A stretch of DNA of 64,000 nt, taken from assembly GCA_965178125.1 (NCBI GenBank), contig OZ237766.1, forward strand, positions 310,001 through 374,000, in the 5' to 3' direction. The stretch is from Bilabrum cf. latius (Eukaryota). The translations under genes and the position numbers were made by a program. The notes below the pieces were generated by a model, which worked only from the letters and a program-made list of their open reading frames with translations, made no database searches and was not told the origin of the DNA. How positions within the stretch are numbered: position 1 is the first letter of the stretch; each line of letters opens with the position of its first letter. Of the stretch, positions 53,801 through 64,000 are shown in pieces.

Positions 53801-56800
53801 GCTCGGGTGCATCGCACGGTGGTGCGGGTGGTGTCGATCTCGAAGACGTAGAAGGCGCCAGCACGCCATCCCTCATGGCTGGCGGGGCCTCAGGGATGCG
53901 GGAGGGTCGCAGGACACCGAGGGACGGGCCCGTGGGACTTGCGGCCGAGAGGGTCGGCACACCGGATGGAGTGATTCAGAGCAGCAGGGCGGCTCCGGGT
54001 GAGATGCCTGTGGGGGCGGCTGCGGCCGTCCTGTCCGGACCATCCTCAGCATCGGCATCGGCATCGTCCGCATCGTCGGCTGGGCAGCGGGCAGCTGGGG
54101 ACGGCGCTTCGGCAGGGGCTGAGACCGGGTCCAGCACCGGCGAACCTACCGTTGAGCCTCTAAGGAACAGCGGTGTGACGAGGGTGAAGAGCCTGCCTCT
54201 AAGGAACAGCGGTGTGACGAGGGTGAAGAGCCTGCCTCGGCCCCGGTCCGGGATCCTTGCACTGCCACCGCTGCCACCCAGCCCAACAGGCCAGCAGCAG
54301 GCCATGCAGGACGACGCAAGCAGTATGGGCAGCAGCAGCGCGGGGCTTGACGGTGAGGTGGATGCATCGCACGGTGGTGCAGACTCCCAGGCGATCGTTC
54401 CGATCTCATCCGATCCTGACGTCATCGTCGGGGGCCCGTACCGCTTCCCCGTCCCGCAGAAGCCTTGGCCCAGGCCCCGCACCGTGTATATCCAGCCATC
54501 CCCCGCTGAGGAATTGATCGGCGCCAGGCGGCCGTTCCTGGCCCAGCCCTTGGTGGCCGCGCGACTGAGCAGCTCGTTGCTGGATGTGACGGGCCTGAAG
54601 GACGCCATGAAGGCATGCTTCGCCGCGGGCAAGGAGCAGGTGATAGACACGCTCAGCAAGGCCCACATCGAATGCCTCAAAGCCCTTAGACCAGTGGCGA
54701 GCAAGATCAAGCAGCCAGATCCATTGCGTGCCATCATGTGCATCTTCCAGAGTCCCGTGCTGACGCTGTTAAAGCCAAGCAAGGCCTCCCTGGAGACAGT
54801 CTCGCGGCTGGCCGAGGTCGTGCTGGCCCTGCCCCAAGCCTCCAGGAAGCTGCTCCTCGCGTGGGTGGCCGAGGATGTATCCGGAGCCATATTTGAGAAG
54901 CACTATGTGAAGCCCATGCAGCGGCACCTGAGCGTGCTCATCAAAGCCACGCTGATGCAGAGGCAGTCCGTGCAGGTGGCTCCTGGGATCAGCGCACTTC
55001 GGGGCATGGAGATGCTGGTGGTGGTGCTGGGTCACCTGTTCGACCTGAATGCAGACGTGGCGAGGAGGGCGAGGGAAGTGGCCGTGTACGGGAACGCAGA
55101 AGCGGCGGAGGCTGCGAGGATCGGAGCGGTGGAGGGTGCAGCGCACGATGGTGGTGAGGGCGGCGCGGCGGCGGGAGGAGCCGCCGCTGCCTCCTCCTCT
55201 GGTCCGTCCTCGGGAGCCGGCAGCGGGGACGTTGGGGTGGATTCTAGAAGTGCTGCATCGAGCCAAGGTGTATCGCATGGTGGTGCAGCGGCAGGAGTAA
55301 TTGCAGCACTTCCCAGCACGGCGGGAGGTACCCTGGGGAAGGTGAAGAGGCTGCCCACCCGTGCCAGCAAGGCAGACGCGATCCGCACGGCATCAAACGA
55401 GCTAAGGAACGCCGCCGCTTTGGCCACCTCTCAGGTGCCCCACAGCCAGGAACGGATCTTCGCAGACGAGGTGCACGATTCGGATTCTCTGGGCGGCAAG
55501 GTGTGGGGCCTGGTGCCTGCCTCGTCCTTCAACAATCCAACCGTGTGCGAGCTGCCAGAGGGCGTGCTGCAGCACGACTACAGGCTATGGCGGCAGCAGC
55601 GGTTTCAGATGCGGACCAAGACGTTCACTCTCTGCGCCTATCCGTTTCTCATGGACGCAGCAACGAAACGGAAGGTGCTGTCATTCGAAGCGGCTCTCCA
55701 GATGCAGATGCAGATGCAGAGTGCCATGGCGAGGAGTCTCTTCGTGCGAGAGACGCCATACCTAGTGGTAGAAGTGGGAAGAGAGAACCTTCTCCGGGAT
55801 TCGATCAACATGCTCGCCTCGCAGCACCCTTCTTTCCTCAAGAAGCCGCTGCGGGTCATTTTCCGGGGGGAGGAAGCGATCGATGCCGGTGGTGTAACCA
55901 AGGAGTGGTTCCAGCTCCTGCTGCAGCTGATCCTCGATCCATCCTACGGCATGTTCGAGCAGGTCACGGGAAGCAGGCTCGTGTGGTTCAGGAAGAATTC
56001 AATGGCGGACCCCGCCGAGTTCCGGCTGATCGGCATCATTGTGGGGCTGGCTATCTTCAACGGCGTGCTGCTGGACGTGGCATTTCCCCGCGCGCTATAC
56101 AAGAAGCTTCTCGGGATGCCAGTCGGTCTGACAGACCTGATCGAGCTGGACCCCGATCTGGGCCGTGGACTGTTGCGGGTGCTGGAGTACGGCGAGGACG
56201 ACATGGAGGACGTGTTCTGCCTCGATTTCACCGCCCAATACCGCGAGTTCGGCGAGACCAAGAACGTGGAGCTGATCCCAGGCGGGGCGGATATCGAGGT
56301 GTCGCAAGCAAACAAGCGCAAGTACGTGCGAGCATACGTGGACTGGTACCTGAATCAGGCTGTCAAGCAGCCTGGTTTCAAAGATTTCGCTCACGGATTC
56401 TCAATGGTGGCAGACGGGCCGTCCCTCAAGCTGTTCGAGCCCGAGGAGCTTGCACTACTTGTGGCAGGCTCGAGCGAATTGGACCTGAGGGAGCTAGAAA
56501 AAGTGTGCGAGTACGACGGCGGGTTCACCGCGAGGAGCAAGACGGTCGTTGATTTCTGGGCCATCGTGCACGGCTGGCCGCAGAAGCTGCAGAAGAATTT
56601 GCTTTTGTTCGCTACGGGCTCTGCCAGGGCGCCCATCGGAGGTCTTTCGAAGCTCAACTTCAAGATTCAGAGGAATGGGGGAGACACGAGCCGACTGCCG
56701 ACGGCGAGCACCTGCTTCAATACCCTGCTCCTTCCCGAGTACGGCAGCAAGGGCAAGATGGAGGAGCGGCTCCGCACGGCGGTGCAGAACTTTAAGGGTT

Positions 56801-56814
56801 TTGGTTTGAAATGA
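50842..56814 (+). CDS. HERC-type E3 ubiquitin ligase (RCC1 repeats + C-terminal HECT), ~1,990 aa
   Basis: RCC1 repeats (VACGDTHT, WGRNKRGQLG) and HECT (FRGEEAIDAGGVTKEWF, LPTASTCFN). TAG at 51010, 51502, 53281, 53467, 53686, 53692; ends TGA. Confidence 0.93.
54157..54234 (+). repeat. Perfect 39-bp tandem duplication in HERC coding sequence
   Basis: CCTCTAAGGAACAGCGGTGTGACGAGGGTGAAGAGCCTG x2 (PLRNSGVTRVKSL). Confidence 0.95.
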
Positions 56815-57610
56815 TTGCGGATGGCGAGGAGGTGGAGGTGGTTCGTCTAGAGGCAGCCAGGCTGTGGGAGCACGATGAGTGCGTGAAGGTGCTGGAGCAG
56901 GCCCCGTTGTGAAGTGAATCCGGCAACTGTCCGATTTCGTAAGGTATACCACGTACATCTCGGCCCCCGCCGCACACTATCCCATGGATCCATCAGGATG
57001 TAGCCACTTACTTTCGACACCACACGAACATGCCGAATCGGATAGAACGATGGATGCAACGTTTCACAGCAGTGACTACTAGATCTCTAGACCTAATCCA
57101 CATCCGGATGCATTCAGGGATCCCCGGATAGTGGTACGGGGTATCCGTCCACTCTTCTCTCATCCACGTTCGCCTGTGCGTTGAAAGGCATCTTACCGCG
57201 ATGTGAGGTGCTGGCTTTTTTAATCGAACTAGTGCGGCCAGTGGGGTATCTCTTGCTGATTTGGAAATTTCTGATAGTCAGTTACTCCTTGTCCAACACA
57301 AAGTTAAATATCGAATGATGCTATAGTTTTATGAAAATTCAAATTCAGAGTAATTCCTTCGAATCTCTCTCGGATGAATCTCTCGCAGAAACAAGTCGAG
57401 GGGGAAGGGCGGGGAGGGATGTAGACTATACTCTCATACTCCCAATCTGAACGCGGAAGCATTCCAGGTCCCACCGCCCCCTTCCCACCTTGATGTCCTG
57501 CCTGTGCCTTCCACTTCCTCCGCCAATCCGTATTGCCCACCTTTTCCTCCACTCTCATCCGCCCTCCCTCGTCCCACAATTGACTGCCAAAACAGCCACA
57601 TTCAGCCGAC

Positions 57611-60600
57611 TTAATAAAGAAAACCAACCATTCCATACGAAGCGATGATGGACGCAAACGTTGCCAGCCCCGCCAGAATCATGCGTCGCTCGGAGCCACG
57701 CGATGGCGATTGAACAAATTCGGACAGCTCTGATTGGTCTGGAATTGGCACGTGGTAGGTTTCCAGATCTGCATAGGCAAGCTCCAGCAAACCAGCTGCG
57801 GTACTTGCAACATCTTCGTCCGAAGATTTACAAAGTCCCTCCAAGACACCCATGATGCCAGCACCAGCTAAGATCTAAATCCCAGAGTCGACATGCTTCT
57901 GGGATATGACCAGCTCCTGGAGCATTCGCACAACGGCGTGTTCGTCTCGAATAGGCATCCTCAAAAGTTTCTCAGGAACACTAATCGAAAGCGGTTTAAA
58001 GTCGTACTCCACTAGCTGGCTGTACAGTAGAGCATGTATGTTGTTAGCCTGAACAGCAATACCGAAACTTGAGCACTTCCTGCACCGGGATACAACACGT
58101 AGTACGCCTGACCCAGCTAAAGCTTGAACAATTACAGGATCGTTGTTGCTAGCTAGCCGCACAACTATATCGAGAGCTACCTCTACCATTTGATCGTTGC
58201 ATCCCCCCGAATGCCCAACGCTTCTAATAATCCAAACAAGTGGTGCGAGTAGTCCAGATTGAACTGCTGGTCGATGGGCGACGGTGCAGTCCGACAGGAG
58301 GACGCGATAGGCGTTCAGCGCTATGTACGCTTCTCTGCCAAGTCTACCCATCGCATTTGCCAAACCGTGAAGAACTCCGGACGAAGCGATCGCCTTTTTG
58401 ATCTTAAGGGAGTGCTAGGCCAGTTTCTTGACAAGCCACCCTACTTTGACAATGGAATCACCATGCCGAGAGAATAGCACATGGGCAAGTCCACCAAGCC
58501 CCCCAGCTTGAATGAATGACGTTGCATCCGCCTCCGAGTCGGCAATGATCCGACTCAGAAGGATAGCGACACGGCCAGGCTATGGCACGCGCAGGAGTAG
58601 GCTCACCAGACCTGGAAGTGCACTTTCCGCATCCACACAGTCTTTCACTGTATCGAGGTAATAGTTTGCCATTCGTGATAGTACATCGGATGCAAAATAG
58701 AGCACCTGTGAGTTCTGCTTCTGCTAGCAAAGCCGGACAAGTGGCCTGACTAGTGACTAAACTTGCGGTTGTGTTGCAAACATGATTGATTTGCAGGCCC
58801 TCACTGCAACATGCACGGCATCAGGATTTGAGCTGTTGATAAGCTAGATTGCGAGCTCTATTGCCCCCTGCTCGCGAGCAATACTACGAACTACATCGTT
58901 ATGGCTCGCGATGCTACCAAGGGAGGCCAATGCATGTAGTTTTTGGCCCAAAGGAATCCCATCTCTAGTAGCCGTGTGAATCAGAGCTCCGACCAGCACT
59001 GACAGACCTTCATCGTCTCGTTCACTACTTGACCACCTCGTTTCGCGTGGCATTCGACAGCGGGTATCAATATGTTCTAGTGCAGTGGCAATCCTTTCCG
59101 AATCGCGCGACGAGAGTCCTTCCGTGATGGCAGAAACTGATGCAAAGTTCTCCCAAGGCCTCGTATCCCAAGTAAGCAGTGTGCCAGGGTCTGCTAATCC
59201 GAGGGCTTCCTTGGCGACATCAGCCGACTGGTTTCGGCAAGGTATTTTGACTTCTGCAACCCCGTCAGATTGCGACGGCATCGACACACCCAAGCGGACT
59301 GGGTAATTGGTCGGCACAAACGTTCCTGCATTCGCAAATTCGCCCTTCTTTGTCCATTCGTGACGTTTGAGAGATTCGAGTGTCTGCTCCAATAGCTCAG
59401 AATCATGGATTGCCGACCCGCATGAAACAATTGATAGTTCCCGATCGAGAGACAAAAAAGTCCAATCGATGTCTTGGCAAAGGAGTGCCTAAACTCGAAG
59501 CGTATACTCACTCGGAGCCACAGCATCGTCCGTGGTCCCTATGTCAAAAGCGCAACCAGCAGCCTGTCGATACATGGCAAGGCTCACATCGCCTATATGA
59601 GATTGCTCAGGATCTTGTGCGGAGACTGCATCAATAGCCTGAATCAAGGCATCCTCTTGCACGCATGTTCCGAGATCACGTGCATTAGAATCTACAAGAA
59701 CAAGGGCAATGACCCTCAGAGCCCATGATTTCTCGGATGTTGACGGCGACTTCAAGGAGGCCTATATCTATCTGAACAGCATCCTCCGTTGTGCTTGCTA
59801 CGCCGCTCCTACAACAGAAACCGACTCTGTTTTCGGCCTATCTGTACCTGTCACAGTCTTGATACACGGTGCCGACGCTGGCGGTGCTGAGCCATCTGCA
59901 GCTGCCGCAGTCTTGGCGGACGATGCCGGCACTGGCGGTGCTGTAGAGCACATGAAGTAGTCTCGCTGCAGGGCTGCCTAGCTCAAGTCTGTCTGAACGA
60001 TACCATCCTGTCGTAGCTCTTCCAGAGTGTCGAGTATTGAACCATATGATGCTGCCGATCCTACCTTATGGCGCAGCCTATGAGAGTGCTTGAGGAATGC
60101 AAGGCGAATAGTGGATACTCTACACGGCAACTCAGACAGCAATATAGGGATGAACGTCCTCAGTCTCTTCAGTGCTTCAAATTCTTGAAACTAGGCCTAC
60201 ACCTCATCGCGCATTGTGTTCAAGCTCTCGTCGCTGAGCCGGGCACGTCCGGCTCGCAGCTGCTAACGCGAGAGCAAGCAGCTGTCAATGTATATGAGCA
60301 GATTTAGCAGCGACTGCCCGTACTCAGGATGGCTCTTCCCAAGGACAGCAGCACGCAGCTCTCTACACTTATCCTCAAGCTCCAAAGCGTCCCACATCGC
60401 TCCCTGGGCCTGCCACGAGACCTGCGTGGCTATATGACTAAGGGTTGTGATGTAGTCTGGATGCAGCTAGTCCAACACCTTTGAACGAATTGATAGGCAC
60501 ACTCTGAATTTCTCCTCAGCTGGTCTATGCTTCTTCTAGGCTGCCAGACAGTTGCCCCACCGATGGATGACTTTTGCATAGTCAGGATGGTCTGAGCCCA

Positions 60601-63600
60601 GTGTGCTCAGCAAAATTGTCGACGCCTTCTGGTACATTTCTTCTGCTTTTGCGAACTCACGCAACCGAGAGAAAACGTCAGCTTGATACGACAGCGCAAT
60701 AGCATAACGAGGATGCTCCTAGTTGAAGTCATGGAGTTGCTTCGAAACGGATTGAGAACACAATTCCCGAGCTGCTGCATAGTCCCCGCTATCACCACGC
60801 CTCATATAACACTCAGACGCATCCTACAGCAGCTCACAATAGCCGTGGCGATCTTTGGCCATCAACGCGATGCACTCCTTGAACTTGTCAAGTGCAGCTC
60901 CAAGCTTGCGTTGCTTCATGAAACACTTTGCAATTAGCAATACAAGCGTCGAGTAGTCAGCATGTTTCCGGTCCATTCTATCGCAGCAAAACTCATATAT
61001 CTTCATGGCCTCCATGTACTTGCCTTGCCTAACCAGCGTTTCGCCGATATCGGCGAGTCGGCACAGCACTGTTGTGTTGTACTGCGGTCGGCGTGGCTAG
61101 GAGCCTGAAGCAGCAGCTCGTGCAGCTGCACGTGAAGATATATCGTCAATAAGACCAGTGAATGCCTCCTGTGCTTGTCGAGCGCGTACGACTGGTCTTA
61201 TCCAGCGAAGCCCGGCTGACTACTATGCAAGGGTGCACAGCGCATTGAGGAGATCTCCCTACCCAGTTCCACCAACACGCTGCAGGTGGCCAAGTTCGTC
61301 TAGCAGCGATTGCAGGCCATCCAGCGCAGATTTTGCATGGATACCCCCAGTGATAGCCAGTTCTGCCCCAATGACTGCGGAACCAGCGTCCTGGGGTAAC
61401 TAGATCTCGGAACGAGCCTCCTGTGTATCAAGACAGAATTCAATAGGTTGAAACAGCAAACCTTTCGAAGCAAACAGCCCTGACATTGCGGCCAGTTGCT
61501 AGGCTCTCCCCCGCTGATCGACAGGCAGCAATTCCTATAGAATCTACAACAGGTCATGAACCACATCTGAACCATGTGCAAGCGCACGAATGATTCTATC
61601 ATGGAAGACTTTGTGCCCACTGCCGAAACCCTGCAATACGATGCGTGCGTGTCGCAACCCGAGCCCAATAGAATGCATAGCTCTCTTGAGAATAGTGCGG
61701 TCGTGGATAGGATCTGCCTTGCTCTTCTCAAGTTCACGTATGATCTGTTCAGGTCCTGATTGTCTCGCTCGGCTGTACAGTTCAGAGATGACTGCTTCGG
61801 CATGATCTAGCTCAGGATGTTTCTCATGTAGTGGGAACCTCGTCTAGATCCGGATCTGCTTCATAATTGCATCGGGACACAAGCCGACCATACCATCCCC
61901 AGCTCGACTTGACTGTAGTACTTTGGCAGCCTCGGGCGGTAGTAAGCAGGTAAGGGACACATTACCGCGGTAGTACCAACTTGGACAGGACATGATGGCC
62001 AGCATACCTGGCGAGCCAGATGAGCTCTTTGTCACGGCTATTGCACAGCCAAGCTCAGGGTAATCTACAGCTGGTTCGAAATGGGAAGGTATGCCGTTTT
62101 GCTCAGCCCAGGTATTCAGAGCCGCATTGCGATCTGTGCTAATGCCACTAAGCTGAACCACTTGTGGAGGTGATGCCGCTGCACCGCTCGACCTTACCAC
62201 CCAGACCCGTGGCTTAGCCTCCACCGACGACTTCATCCATTGAATCCACGGTACGTCCGGGATAAGGAGGCGATGGGTATCCAACACCATGCGCTCTCCA
62301 CTTGGTAGCTGGTGTATCTCCACGTCAAACGGAAGGTGAAACTCAGTAGGCTTTGGCATCAGGTGTGGCTGGATCAACGACCCGGATCCAGCCTACAAGC
62401 CATCCATTTTTGTTGGCTATGCATTATGCCGTATACCCCGTGAGCTAGGCTATGTCCGCAGGTCTACTTTGCCATTCTACACAACCTAAAAGGCTTGCCT
62501 TGCCAGCTCCTACTGATTGCCTGTCAGTTTAGATGTTGCCTAGTTTTCAAAGTACTCCACGCTTGGGTTGCAAGCTGCTTTCACAGCCTCCAAAACTGAA
62601 ACCTCCATGCTACCTCCCGGGAAATCAAGCACGGACGCTTGTGGATCCTCGCCGAATGTCCCTGAACCGTCATGGCAACCTTCATCGTGAGCATCTGTTG
62701 CGGGGGGGTACGAATGACATACAAGTGCTTTACACATCAACAACCCCGGTGAAAGATAAAAATGCTTAGCCAGCGGCTTCACGACGTCTTCCAACTGTTC
62801 ATCGTCCCAATGAATAGATTTCATACTATCCGCTGAGCCAACGCGCATTGTAGTGGAATTGACAGAAGCTTTGAACTCTTCTGTAAAACCGCCCTTTTGC
62901 TCTGCCTCGTCATACTTTTTGCAGCCGCGAACATCAATGCGAGCAAATGCCTGCACGCGGATGGTGCAATAGCCACCACTTTTCAAGGCAACACGAATGT
63001 CAACGCACTCAAGCAGTGGTGTTGACACGTGTACGCTGTCCATAGCATGAACCCAACGACTTGCTGAAGCCTCCCGTTTTGCTGCTTTGGCTGCCATGCG
63101 GGAGCTACCATATATGCTCTCTTGGTCGAATGCAAATTTCAGGAAGAGCCCCAGGCGCTCATGCACAGCCTTGATGCCCCCAGCACTGCCACCAGCATTC
63201 ACGAAAATGATCCCTAACGCTTCTTGTATTCTCTTTCTGTCTAAATCAGTGAATCCAACAGGGCCAAGCGACGAGTTTTCATTGCTCCATTTCATTTGTA
63301 AAGGTGGAAGCCGCTTTGGATCAAGCGCAATGTGCACATCGTTACTGAAGCGGCTCCCAATTCCCCGGAGCAGCGATGTCCGCTCTGCAACCTAATACGG
63401 ATACAAAGCTACAATACGCTTGGCAGCTTCAAAGGCGGGCTGACGACCCCCACTTTCGACACTCTCTAAGCCAACGGTAGCCGCTCCACTTAAATAGTCG
63501 GAATCGCCACCATAGGGGGTCCTAGCCTGGTAGGCCGCTTCGGATGCATGGATATCCCCGCCACTGGAAGGATCGTCATTTCCAGCGCCAGATGCAGGGT

Positions 63601-64000
63601 GATCTTGACGCGATCTCCCTGCAGGTACAGTACCTGCTTCGGCTTGTGAGGTCTCCATATCGGGCGTCCCTGAACGTCCGCTGCAATGATGAGGTGACGT
63701 CGTGCAACTAATACCAGCATCAGTGGCCCCTGCCAGTGATGCTGGCTAGCTGCATTCAGATGACACGGCGGTGCTAGTCCTCGAAGCCCCGGTAGTGATT
63801 GAGGGCTCCACAACCCTAGCAGCTTGCTCCGACGTCGCATCGTCATCATTAACCGGTGCTGCCGTTGGTAGCCCCCCGGAGACTGCGCCAGACAACATGA
63901 CCTCAGTAGCTGGCAGCATCTCGCCGTGCGGTGGCAACACGTAAGCATTGCTGTTCTGCTAGCTAGGCGTGCAGGTCGATTCAACCGTGCTAGACTCAGC
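57611..64000 (-). CDS. Giant protein with CLU-like domain, kinesin-light-chain-type TPRs and C-terminal ARM-like repeats (5' end outside window)
   Basis: One frame of >2,100 codons containing about 37 TAG and no TAA/TGA until TAA 57611. IYGSSRMAAKAAKRE, TPLLECVD, LDTHRLLIPD (CLU-like); LGSDHPDYA, LGKSHPEY (TPR); helical ARM-like tail. Confidence 0.8.

Overview
Gene-dense, intron-containing eukaryotic nuclear DNA (GT-AG introns, roughly 60% GC), probably from a protist. Main result: the window appears to use a non-standard nuclear code in which UAG is a sense codon for Gln while UAA and UGA still terminate. By manual reading, about 100 in-frame TAG codons and no in-frame TAA/TGA interrupt 16 otherwise continuous genes, and TAG falls on conserved or paralogous Gln positions. 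Re-read this way, the fragmented ORF track collapses into about 18 genes: an Afi1/SPA protein, a PHGDH-PSAT fusion, a TALE homeobox protein, two head-to-head cathepsins, sphingosine-1-phosphate lyase, a GT10 fucosyltransferase-like protein, a METTL21-like methyltransferase, an ankyrin-BTB protein, Misato, a HERC-type E3, a CLU-TPR-ARM giant, two hypotheticals, an intact pogo-type transposase and three ankyrin paralogues. Other signals: the ankyrin family is built from one 99-nt exon per repeat, with an intron-split start codon and variable binding-surface codons; a 12-mer (CACTCGTCACAC) and a 10-bp palindrome are strongly over-represented, mostly inside coding sequence; the pogo element has a non-TA target site; and a hAT-type element carries a decayed OTU protease. 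All counts and alignments were done by eye.
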